Shown: in pieces, positions 1 to 11,742 of the stretch | How the letters are laid out: each line of letters begins with the position of its first letter | Numbering within the stretch: the first letter of the stretch is position 1 | Source of the DNA: Paragordius varius | Taxonomy: Eukaryota > Animalia > Nematomorpha | Reading direction: 5' to 3' | NCBI GenBank assembly: GCA_964247055.1 | Contig: OZ176052.1 | Span: 9,114,001-9,178,000, forward strand | DNA length: 64,000 nt | Translations under genes and position numbers: made by a program | The notes under the pieces: generated by a model | Seen by the model: only the letters and a program-made list of their open reading frames with translations | Databases searched by the model: none | Told to the model about the DNA's origin: nothing

Positions 1-405
1 AGCGATACTCTCTCAATTTTGGGTGATTCGCCTGTTCTAAAAAAACTAATTGTTATTCAAGTTTATTTATAATACATATGTTCGTATATATATAAATCCC
101 CGTTGAAAGGAGTTTTTTCACCCTTAATTTTATTTAGAAAGACCAGAGAAGCAGTTTCACCAGCGTATTGCTTGGTGCAATAATTTTTAAAGTTAAATAA
201 ATTTTTTTAGATGCCATACTTAGATTAACACTCATTATATACCTTTGTATTTATACATTTTCCTATTATATTTTTATAATTTGTTTCCTTTATTATGCTA
301 CATTATATTTCTTTCACTATACATTTGGCAATTTATATAATTGTTAATATTTTGGTTGGATTATTATTATAATATTTTTGTAAGAAAATCATTTAATCAA
401 AAGTC

Positions 406-608
406 AGGAACCGAAAATGGAACCGGTTCTAAATTTAAACAACCAGTTTCGGAACCGCTAAATTTTTAAAAAACCAACGGGGTTCCCGTTCCAAAATTTC
501 AGGAACCGCCCGGTTCTATTTAATAATTAAGAACTAACGCGGATCCGGTTCCTCTTGCTCAGGAACCGACCCGGCGGTTTCACTTTTTTTGAACCGGTTT
601 CAAGCCCT
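406..608. repeat. GAACCG/CGGTTC-rich subterminal repeat of a hAT-like element end
   Basis: Many GAACCG motifs in both orientations ending in AAGCCCTG (reverse complement CAGGGCTT). A related tract lies at ~18140-18612. Confidence 0.5.
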
Positions 609-755
609 GATAATTAATATAAAATACAATATTCATGGCTCTTATTAGCTTATATAACTATCAGGCTATTAAAAAATTATCTATTTCGTCACCCTAATGA
701 AATAAATTTTGATAGGATAAAACTTGTAAGGAAAAGTTGGCGATTTCTTTTAGAG

Positions 756-3068
756 TAATGTGACCAGATATTTAGAACCCTGACGCAGTACAAAATTAAA
801 ACATACTTTGCCTATTTTTTACACAAGATATTCGGTGTGTTATATTAAATGATATTGTTCGTTACTATTTATAACCTTATTAGAAACAATTAAAAATATC
901 CAGCAATTAAATTAATAAAAAATTTAATATAAATGTATGTACACATGTTAAATACATGGATATAGATTAATATTATAATGGTATGTTTGTTTTAAAAAAT
1001 GCTAACAAAATTGTCAAAAACAATATTATTACCAAATATATAATAACAAAAATAGAGGGAAACAATATATCAGGTTAAGAAGTTGCTGTGCAGATAAAAT
1101 CCTTCACACACTATCTTATGAAAGTTCTGTTCCATAGCTTTTTGAAAATTTATGAATATTTGACAGCAGTTAAAACTATGCGTTGATGAAAAAAAGATAG
1201 TATTTAAATACCGACTATGCTACAGTGTAAAGTTCAAAAATAAATCAAATAATTCTCGATCTACCCAATCAATGGTAGACACATATAATTATTAATAAAT
1301 AATTATTTTTTTATAATAATAATATCTAAAAAATAATAAATTATATATATTTTTAATTATGTATTTGTCCCAATAGTTTAATGTTTTTGGAAATTTTATA
1401 AAATGCTTCACAATTTTCTTCTGTATTATGTTTGATATTACAATTGCTTTAAAGGTTTCAATTTTGAGTTTCCGTACATATTTTGTTTATCAACGAAAAA
1501 ACCCTTTCGGTGGCCGCATTGGTCCCAGGTAGACACAAAGCTAATTCAATTAAACTTTTTAAATTTTCACACGGTAGATTTTGTGTAAAAAATAGGAAAA
1601 AATTTCTTACCACCTCAAATCAGTATTATCATTTTGAATCCATTCATGTATCTTTTTTTCATCCACGTTTAATTACAAATAACTTATTTCATGAAAAGTT
1701 TAATTTCATTAATAACGCAATTAGAAAATCATTTTCAATTAATGCTAATTCAATATTTTTTCGAACAATCAATCGATTTACGAGAGCCCAATAAAAATGA
1801 TCTGTTTTTCGAATTGCTTTGACCCTCCTGCTAAATAATCATAACAATTCGTATAAAAAAGCTTTTACTTCTTTTATAAATGTATTTCTATTGATCAATC
1901 CATTTTCCTCGAGCTTACTTAAATCTTTGCGAATTATAATGGAAACATAACTTTCATAAGATCGATTTGCGCATTTGTCTTTTAAAGATTTTATTTCTGG
2001 AGCAATACCCATTAAACTAATATTGTTTATCTCAATTTTTATTATGGTTTTTTGAAAAAGTTATATTTGGCCATGAAGAAATTTAAGTCCAATTTCAGAT
2101 GTTTCATTTTCAAAATTTTTTTAATGAAATTTGGAATAAAATGATTTTTCTAAATGCGATATTAATAAAATTGAACTATTGATAAAGTTATTTGAAATTA
2201 AACGTGGATGAGAAAAATATACATGAATGGATCCAAAAGTATTTAAATACTGATTTGAGGTTGTTAGAAATTTTTTCCTATTTTTTTACATAAAATCTAC
2301 GAAAATTTAAAAAGTTAATTCAATTTGTTTCGTGTCTAACCGGGAATGCGGCCACCGAAAGGATTTTTTCGTTGATAAACAAAATATGGACTATGGAAAA
2401 AACAAAACTCAAAATAAATACCTTGAAAGCAATTGTAATAGTCAAACATAATACAGAAAATTGTGAAGCTTTTTATAAAATTTACAAAAACATTTAAATA
2501 TTAGGACAAATACATAAATCTGAAAAATATATATAATTTATTATTTTTTGGATATTACTATTAAAATTTTCATATATGTCACGTCATATACCATTGATTG
2601 GGTAGACCCAGAACTATTTCAATTAATTTTGAACTTTACATTATAGCAAAGTCGGTATTTAAATAATGTTCTATCCATTCACCTATCTTTTTTTCATAAA
2701 CGCATAGTTTTAACTGCTGTCAAACAGTTATAACTTTTCAAAAAGCTATGGAACAGAATTTTCATAAGATCGTGTGTGATGATTTTATCTGCACAGCAGC
2801 TTCTTATAAAGCAGATATATTGTTGTTTTGTTATCATATATTTGGTAATAATATTGTTTACAATTTTATTAGCATTTTTAAAAACAAAAACATACATTTA
2901 TATCAAATTTTTAATAAATTTATTTTAGATATTTTTAATTGTTTTTAATGTTAAAAAAATAACGAACAACATCATCTAATATAACACACCGAAAATCTGG
3001 TGTAAAAAATAGACAAAGTATGTTTTAATTTTATACTGCGTCAGGGTTCTAAAAATCTGGTCACATTA
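756..3068. mobile_element. Giant inverted-repeat (foldback) element made of two hAT transposase 3' ends
   Basis: Termini TAATGTGACCAGAT...ATCTGGTCACATTA. Arms ~756-1745 and ~2130-3068 are reverse complements. Minus strand encodes a degraded hAT C-terminus (LKFLHGQ..LFQKTI, LCLPGTNAATERVFSLINK). No clear TSD. Confidence 0.85.
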
Positions 3069-3571
3069 CATTAGCCTAAATCTGGAGTCGCGATTTGACC
3101 GGTTTAAAACCCAATTCCATGTATAAGAGCAGAAAATAAAACATTAAAATTAAAAAAAGCCGTAGTTTTTTACCGCAAAAGGAACCATTTATTTTTTAGT
3201 TTAACAAAGGGTACTCTATCAAATTATACAAAAAAAAAATAAAAGGTAATTAAGACATATTTATTAAAAAAAAATATTACAAAAAGCAGTAGAAAAGTCG
3301 GCGCAATACAAGCGCGGTTCTTTTTCGAAAACTCAGTACTTTACTGTTAAAAACAGCCTATCTGGTAACTTTATTTTAGGGATTAAAAAAATAAAAAACC
3401 TAATTTTGATTTTACTTACATTTTTGGCAAAATTGAGAAGGTTATAAAATATCATAAATAAATTGTGTTATTATACAATATCCTTATTTGATTTGGTTTA
3501 ATGGTATATTAAACGCGAAGCTTTATTAGTGAAACAAAACGCCTTATTATTACTTTTGATTTAAAACTAAC

Positions 3572-3970
3572 CTTTTCACTAATCTATCATATAAAAGGGT
3601 GTTATCAGTTCTAAGCACAAAAATAACATCAAGTAGGTTTGGCGGAAACAATTCTACGCCATGATATTCAAATATAACAAGGGTATTTGGATCAAAGTTT
3701 TCCAAATATTCTTCTAATTCCTCTATAAGCTAAATTAAATATAAAATTATCTAAACTTTTTCTTCGTCCAAAACATGGCATTCATACTTATCATCATATT
3801 CTTCCAAAAGATTATGTTCTTTAGCAAATTTATTTATGTCTATACGCATAATATCTGGATTTAGTTCAACAACTTCATCGACTAATGTAGATTTACCCGT
3901 GCCCGGTGTCCCTAAAATATTATAAAATCTAACCTGCAACAAGGAACTTAGTTTGGAGCCGCATTTGCAT
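3572..3970 (-). CDS. AK6: Adenylate kinase 6 (hCINAP/Fap7 family), 5' three exons; last exon(s) not found in window
   Basis: Exons 3970-3934, 3911-3757, 3729-3572 give MQMRLQTKFLVAGTPGTGKST...HVLDEEKLIEELEE...EYHGVELFP..LDVIFVLRTDNTLLYDRLVKR. P-loop and the C-terminal VLRTD motif match AK6. Exon 1 choice is less certain (an alternative GTGAGT donor lies near 4109). Confidence 0.88.
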
Positions 3971-4517
3971 ACTAACGTTATACGTTATGGTTGCAGATGC
4001 TTTCTAATTTATTCGCATATAAAATTTTATAAAATATATTTTGTCTGTTAGATTTGCAACAAACTATTTCTTTAATACAGTTTCAGCAGTTAAATCCAGT
4101 GGTACTCACCAAAATATTTTAAAGGGCCGCACATCTATCTTGTGTTAACACTTGGATACAACACATTTATTTCAGTTCTTCGATTCAAATTAGTTCGTCG
4201 GATACCCCAAAAATGTTAAAATAATACCTCATAAAATATGGAATCAATTCAAACATGGCAAAAGTTTTCACGAATGAACAAAATATAAAAAAATTTATTT
4301 AAGAATACTTGATATTACTTAATTTTAACCCAAAGGTAAAAATTTAATCATCATGACATGTGATTATTAGCTAAGTTTTATTAATAATAAATTAACGACT
4401 TTTTCTGTTTCTATCAATGTTAGATATGATTTAAATAAAAAATTAGCTTTAAATTTAGCGTTAAAATTAAATAAGGTATCTTGCAAAAATTTTGCAAAAT
4501 AAAAATGGCGTTAAAAT

Positions 4518-4905
4518 CAGGGGCGTACCGAGGGTGGGGCAAGGGGATGCATCATGCCCCGGGCGCCATTATTTAGGGGCGCCTAAATGATTTTTTAAAA
4601 TTAAATTTTAATTATGCAAAAATAATAAGAACTTTCAAATGAGATTTTTCAGCAATTTAGGTAAAATTCCCTATAATATATATTCTATTATTCATCTAAT
4701 TAGTACCATTGAATAATTTAGTATCATATAAATATATATATTTAATAGATTTAAAATTTATATGACTGTGCTGTCTTATCTATGGTGTTTAAGTTACAAC
4801 GTTTGTATTTTTTTACTAAATTGTTTTATTGGCTTTTAAAAAAAGGGAGAAGGGCGCCATAAAAGTTTTATGCCCCGGGCGCCGCAAATGCTCGGTATGC
4901 CACTG
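4518..4905. mobile_element. hAT-type MITE
   Basis: TIR CAGGGGCGTACCGAG / CTCGGTATGCCACTG; flanks gttaaaat / gttaaagt (7/8 TSD match). Confidence 0.85.
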
Positions 4906-6424
4906 GTTAAAGTGGTTTGATATGGAAGTTGTTTTTTCAACTAAGAATCGAAATGTTAAGGGCCGTGCACCATACCGATCAAAATTTCATAGCTATTTGA
5001 CGCATTTCTCAACTAATTATACTAAAATAATTATCAGGGCCACATGCTGTTAGGGCCGCATGAATCTTGTAGCCCGCGTGAGTGCGGCTGGTTTAAGCTA
5101 AGATCTGGATACTTCTTAAAAAAACAAATAACGGAATCAATCAAAATTATTATTACAATAACATGATTAGGTATATCTAAAATTAAAATTTTATTTTTAA
5201 AATGGAAAGAATACATTTTGAGGTATATTTATACCCCATAAGCCTAATACCACTGTTTTAATATGTTAGATTTTTTTATTAAAATTGTTCTTGTTCACTT
5301 GTATTAAATTTAAAAGCCTATATTTTATAGTTTTATAACTTCCAGAGTTCCAAAGATAGCCGTATACCATCGAAGCAAATATCTGATTTTAAAATAAATA
5401 AATGAAGATATTGCAGGTAAAATGTAATATTAAAGTTTTAATATCAGTTATCTAAATTTTTTAACCGCAAAAATATAATTTATCTGTTATTACAGCGAAT
5501 GATAATCAAAAGAAAAAAAGGGCGAAAATGTTTGAGAGGATTTTTCTACTTTAAATTTTGGAAAAAAAGTTTTTGGGGGGCAGTAAGAAGCATTTTTTGA
5601 TTTTGGCCCAATACCTTTAATACATTTGATATTCAAACTCTAAATTGCTGTAGAAAAAATTTCCGCAACATGTAATGAGTTGTTAATTAACATATCATCT
5701 AATGCATATTTTGGGTTGGTAATAATCTATTCTAAATACTATTGAAACAAACAGCTGCTTAATAAAAATCATAATTGCTGAATTCATATTGCAATCGGAA
5801 GTATAATGAATATCTCGATATCTATATATCCTGATGAATTTTATTAGGATTCTCAAGGTGATTTATAATTTGGTGCTTACGGATATAAGAAAGTTGTTTG
5901 CATTTTTATGGTAATTGCTCGATATCGTAATATCCCAAAATTAGTGCATTATCTGCTCGATAAAAATTTTTGCTAAATGTTTATTCCAAAAAATATTAAA
6001 ATTTATGATAAACTAGATTTAAAAAGCGAAAAAAATTTTATAAATATATTATTTGGGATCCAAAGTTTAAAGTTTCCCCCGCCCTAGCCTTCGAGATAGA
6101 AATTATAGATCTGTAGTATTCAAACGCCAACTGGCCGCATTTAAATGACAGTTAAAGTGCTGGTACTATCCTTAAAGCATTTTGAATCGTTTAAAGCAGG
6201 GCTTTTTAAACTTTCGTAGTTCCCGACCCCATTTATGATTGCGAGTTTCGTAACGACCCCAACAAATATAAAAGAAAAATAATAGTTTATTCGAAATAGC
6301 ACTAAGAAATTTTGTTGATAATATTTATCAGGATTATTTCGGTATTAAGAGATTGTTAAAAATAAATCTACATTTTTTATATATTTTTATAACATTTTCT
6401 GATTCATAGTAAATTTATACGAGA

Positions 6425-8099
6425 TACTAGCTAGCCCTGTCATGCTTCGGTGTGGCGTAGTCTCACCATAATTATTCTTAATAATTTGCAATAAATAGAG
6501 TTAATGGAGATAAAAAAGAATAAAAAAATATTTAATAAAAAGAATGTCTTTATTATTCTTTTACGGGTTTTTGCAAAAACTCAAATGTTGTTTGCCCGAA
6601 TGTGATCCATAATCAATCTGTCCCTTATTAAAGTAAATATTCAACTATCATTGGATTTATTTTAAGATTTTTGTTATACGAAATCATGGTTAAAAGTTCT
6701 ATTTTATTGATTTAGTTCACACAGCTGGGATCAAGGGATATAAAAAGTAAATTATTTGTGGTTCCTTTTTAAAGGAAAGAATGATATTATACAAATTCCC
6801 CCGAAATGTTTTAACTGAACTCGTTTCTTAATTTGAAAATTAGCTCCAAAACTACGCCATTTTGGCGTCTTAGTTTTTAACCAGTGGACCCCTAACCATA
6901 GACCTATATGGAAAAAGCGTTGAGTTAAATTTTTTGCCATTATAGGGCAAATATTTGGAATCATCTTTGATACCATCCTCTCATGGGTTATTCGAAAAAA
7001 TATCTCAACACTAAATAATCGTTGTATGATGGCGTATTTTTAGGGCACAAGAGCCCCTAGTTAACGGCTAATAAAAAACCCTGACCTTCTTTGCCTAGTT
7101 ACGGGTAATATTTCAAGCTTTTTAAAACGGCCGCAAATAATTATAACATTTGGGCATCCCATGATGTCAGCTTAATAACGAAAATTCGACTTACAAATGC
7201 AATTGTTTTTCCAACTTTCCTCTACGGGTGTGAAGGTTGAACTTTAAAAATATTCGACACACGGAAAATTAACTCCTTTGAAATGTGGATGTGGAGAAAA
7301 CTTTTACAAATAAAATGGACGGATAAAATTACTAACAATGCAATTTTGAGTAAAATAAATCCCGATATGTCATTGCTCGGAATGTCCCTCCGCACCAAAC
7401 TATCCTACTTTGGCCACATTATGAGATCTAATTCACCGGAAAAGTCCTTGATGTTGGGTAAAGTTAGCGGTACATATAAAAGCGGCCGAAGAAGGATAAG
7501 GTGATAATATCCAACAAGAAACCCACCCAACCTTGGCTGAACTAAACCTTAAAACTAAAAACCGCAATTTATGGAGAAGTTTCATTTACAATATTGGAAA
7601 AAGTCGACCTCGACTTAGGCAACACACACACAATATGAGCTCATATGGCTTCATAAATTTTCTGTAAATTAGCTCTAAAACAACGCAATTATATAGTGGC
7701 GCAGTTATAGCGGCTATCTGTTTACCCAGCAGCCAATATTAAAAAAAATACAACTAAAATTTTTGCCTTTTAACAAGGAATACCTGGAATACTCAGGGAT
7801 TTTTAACGGTCTCATTCCTGGGCAAAAAATTATTTAATTTTTTGAAAAAAATGGCATTTTAAGGGGGAACGGGTAAAAAGAGAGTTTAAATTAAAAAAGT
7901 AAGCCAACTATGTTAGGCACAATTGAAAAAATAAAAAACTCATATTTGAAATCGAATGGTCAACACGCTTTCCGAATTGTCTCGAAGACACGATTTTTGT
8001 CGACTTATGATTATATTTTTTTATTTGGTGAATGAGTCTACCGGTTTTCCGGAAACAGATTACAAAGCCAGAATTTTCCATTTTTATAAATATATAGTT
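6425..8099 (+). mobile_element. Helitron/Helentron-like non-autonomous element (same family as 61709-63486)
   Basis: Starts TACTAGCTAGCCCTG and ends CCGGTTTTCCGGAAACAG...TTTTATAAATATATAG. Long internal similarity to 61990-63486. Confidence 0.6.
7151..7632 (+). mobile_element. RTE-clade LINE, 5'-truncated 3' fragment
   Basis: Translates WASHDVSLITKIRL...FPTFLYGCEG*...FEMWMWRKLLQIKWTDKITN...KLSYFGHIMR...KSLMLGKVSG, followed by a (CA)n tail. Confidence 0.85.
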
Positions 8100-8727
8100 A
8101 AAATGATCGGAATAGGTAGAAATGCCGGTATAAACGTCTTTCCGAACCAGAAGATTTTATGATATATTTATCTACGATGATTGTTTTTTTCTTTATAACA
8201 ATAATTTTACAAGTTAAAAAACATTTTTGTTAAATTATATTTTTATCACTCGCGACGGGGTCGCGACCCATAGTTTAAGAAGCCCTGGTTTAAAGCGTTG
8301 AAAAAATAAGAAAATTAAAAAATCAACTTTTAATAAGGGGTATATATGTCTATAAACTAAAATGTTTAAAATATTTTTTAATAAACCTGTTAATTAAAAA
8401 TTGTAGTTGAGTTTGAATGTAAAGTGTTGATTTTTTGAATGGAAAAGTGTTGAATATTAAAGGGAAAATACTAAATATTTTTTTTAATTATTCAAACCTT
8501 ATATGCTTAAATTGGTTTTTTACCATGGCGGAAATTTCAGGATTTTGCGATGCAATGTATTCTCAAAATGCTTATAAATTTTAATACAGGGGATATAAAT
8601 GGGATTAATTGGAAATATATATTATGGCCACTTTAATATGTTGTGTGAATACCATTTTCACTTGCAACCTGACTCAGTAAAATCGAAAATTCCAATATGA
8701 ACCTTATTTTTATGATAGACAATTCAA

Positions 8728-11700
8728 TCAAAATATTTCATTTATTTGTCGTCTATTACTAGATTTCAAAACTGCAATATCTATGTGCTTTGTTGTGCGA
8801 AAAAGGAAGGGATTAATATCAGGCTTAATTTCTTCTTCTTCGTTAAATGATTTCTCATGTTTAGTTTTTAGGTGGCAATTAAAAATTAGGAACAAATTTA
8901 ACAGGATGGAAATAAAAAATGCCAATGTTATAGCCCATAACAAAGTCACAATTTTTTTCAACAATTGATCTTTTGGGATTGTGAAGAGTGTTTCAAAAAA
9001 ATTTGAATTGAAAAATTGTGTGGATGAAATATTCTGGTTTAAGCCATTGATTTTGCCAAACATGTCCTTACTGTTGTTTTCATAGTAGTCATTGTAAAAA
9101 GTATCATTCCATGACGGTATGGCTATAAGATAAAAATAATTTTTCATAGGTAACTTTCGTAATAATTAAATTTAATATTTTTTTTTAAAATTAGGTTTGG
9201 CATTATAAACCATTTAAAACGCCAAAATTAATCGTTCACGAATAAACTTAAACACTTTTTATATTACCTAAATCATTTATGGTGCGCTCCAAAATTTGAG
9301 CATCAGATATAACATTAATAGTTTGATGAACGGGTTTTTCAATAATATCGTTAGAATCGTTGTAATTATAGTTGTTGTTTTGCGCAAATGACTGCTTTGT
9401 GAGATCTTTTGGCATTAAATGTTTTTCATAAACGTTTCTTTTTTTCCGACGTTTCCCATATGATAGCTTGATTGTAGATCCACAATCCACCTATTTTTTG
9501 AAAAAAAACAATTTATGTATAAAAGAATAGAAACACATTTTTAAATGAATATGATAAATGGTCTAAAACAGCGGTGCCGAACGCAAATGGCTTCGCGGGC
9601 CGCATTTTTAACTCAGACAATCCGGCCCGGATTCGAATATGGGTTTAATAAATATTTTATTAAATTTCAAAAGATAATATTACGTTTCACCAATTTTTTT
9701 AGTTTCCTTCCCATGAAGAAAATTTGTTAAAATATCAAGCATATTATGGATGGAATGTGGGTTGTATTTATTTGGATAATATATTTTCCGTGGGCTGCAC
9801 AAAATATCAGAGGGACGCGTGTTGGACACCCCTGGCTAAAACGCATTAAGGGAAAAAGAAAATAAATAAATATATACTGGTTGACATCTTTGGCGACACA
9901 AAATGACATCACATTGAAAGGTTATTTTATTTTCGCCAGTAGAAAATAGGAAAACTTCGAAGGGCATATAAATGTAATAGTGACCCGTTGATTGACTTTG
10001 GTCATCTATGTAGGCTTTGTCAAATATTCTAACATCCCTTGGACATCTAATAAGTTACATTTAAATATTATCATTATTATTATTTATAAAAAAAATAATT
10101 TAAACAAGATAATTAATATCTACCCATTCTCATCAAGGAGACTGAAATTTTGACTTGTAGAACTTTTGGCAATGCAATTGCGAACGAACCCACCATAGAT
10201 TGCTAAAGAATAAAATGTGAATAATATATCAAAATACTTACAGCTCTTAATATCAATTTCCAATTCATAAATTTCACCCAATTTGACATTTTTGACGTAA
10301 ACATCCTTACGGAAATCATATATATTCATGTATATGATCGGCGGAACGGAGGTTGCCGTATATATTGCGGAGGGTTCAAGAAACGGACTAAATATAAAAT
10401 ATCACCTTAATGGCAAAACCAACATTAAAGAGAATTATTCATAAGAATCATTATTTGGTAAGTTTTCATTCCAAGAGTATACCATTTACAGTTCAAATTC
10501 ACCCTTAAACAATCAAATTCACCCTAAAACAATTATGTGTTTTCATGTTTATGGCATAGTTTATTATTTTTTCTATATTTTTAGACAAAATTTTATTTTT
10601 TAAAAATATATTAAAATATAATTTTAATTTCAAAAAACACATAATTTTTTGGGGGGTGAATTTGAATTGGTCAAGGGTGAATTCGAATTGTAAATGGTAT
10701 AATAGTGCTTTTTAGATGTACACGATTTCTAATGGAAAGAAATTGTATACAAAAAGAGCTTACCCTATTTCAGCTGTAACTTCTTGAGTGGAAAATGTAT
10801 CATTCAGTTCTGAAAACAGTTCGCATATAATTTCATAGGCTGAATCATCTGCCGTAATTAGAAAAGGATTCTTTTGCAATATGATCACATTACTATAGGT
10901 ATTTTGAGCTCTCTACATCGCATAATAAATATGACAATTGTTAAATTCCGCTAAACATTTATTAAAAGTGATATTTAGAAAACCAAAAATTACAATATAT
11001 TGGACGGGTGTATAAAACCCTTCATCAATAGTAATCGCAAATTAGTTGCTTGTTAGCAGTTATAAATCAGGTAAAATTCTAATTTTTTATTAAAATTTTA
11101 ACATCATTTTTATTAATTTTAATTAGTTTTCTGTATAACATTATTTCACTAAATTAAACAATCGTTAAACAAAAACATTATCAATTCCATAATAGTACCA
11201 TATTAAAATAATTTGAGTCAAACAGTGCCTTTCTAAATAATTTTTTATATAGATTTTTAAATTAGATTAATAAATTTTATGTTATATGTGATACAGTTTT
11301 ATATGATGATATGTTAGCTTTAAAAATATATAATTTAAGTCTTTTAATAAAAAATAACCGTAACCTAAATTTTTCATAATCAATTTTTAATATTAGCAAT
11401 TGAAAATTTTTATCTCAATTGCAATATAATCAAAAACACGATAGTTTATCCTACCATAAATATAAATAGGATTAGTATGTATGGTATGATGTAATTCAAA
11501 AATACCGCAAAATCTTTAGGAAAAAAACTTACAAAAGAACAATATCTTAAAAATCTAAGGGCTTACTTTTCGAGTTCCACAATCGTTAAATGGTATGGTT
11601 ATTGTCATTGCCTTGGAATCTTGGTAAACATAAGAACACCGATTAGATTCGATAAAATCTCTTGCGTACAGTCGACCTGTGAATGGTTTGGTCGGCTTAA

Positions 11701-11742
11701 AGTTAACAACCATGCCTTTGTTAACATCACATTCTACCGTTA
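8728..11742 (-). CDS. ZP-domain (cuticlin/apical ECM-like) transmembrane protein; 5' exons unresolved
   Basis: Exons 11742-11567, 10912-10764, 10387-10242, 10202-10124, 10046-9878, 9490-9268, 9122-8728 join in phase: VECD..GMVVNFKPTKPFTGRLYA, YSNVIILQ....TADDSAYEIIC, LLDENGCP, FQCDVILC, furin site RRKKR, a TM helix and a short tail. A possible signal-peptide exon (MKIWLYNSLQILWIITYFMLK) lies at 12392-12330 but could not be joined. Confidence 0.85.
9569..9834 (+). mobile_element. hAT-type MITE, family with CAGGGGTGTCCAACAC-like ends
   Basis: Left end CAGCGGTGCCGAACGCAAATGGCTTCGCGGGCCGC, right end GTGTTGGACACCCCTG. Related copies at ~16245, ~19634-20273 (reverse), 24274-24572, 32604-32854. Confidence 0.75.
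10482..10697. mobile_element. TA-flanked MITE (Tc1/mariner-type)
   Basis: TIR CCATTTACAGTTCAAATTCACCCTT / AAGGGTGAATTCGAATTGTAAATGG, flanked by TATA on both sides. Second copy at ~44339-44615. Confidence 0.75.

Larger units (their letters stand above)
6197..8287. mobile_element. Non-autonomous hAT element carrying nested insertions
   Basis: TIR CAGGGCTTTTTAAACT / AGTTTAAGAGCCCTG with a perfect 8-bp TSD GTTTAAAG (6189-6196, 8288-8295). Confidence 0.88.

Noticed and set aside
1483-2948. ORF-track ORFs within the first palindrome
   Set aside because: Antisense or off-frame readings of degraded hAT sequence and AT-rich arms; no independent gene signal.
4030-4260. Possible + strand exons head-to-head with AK6
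   Set aside because: Phases can be made to fit, but there is no start codon and no recognisable protein.
5820-5860. CTGATGA at ~5831 as a hammerhead core
   Set aside because: No stem II/GAAA downstream.
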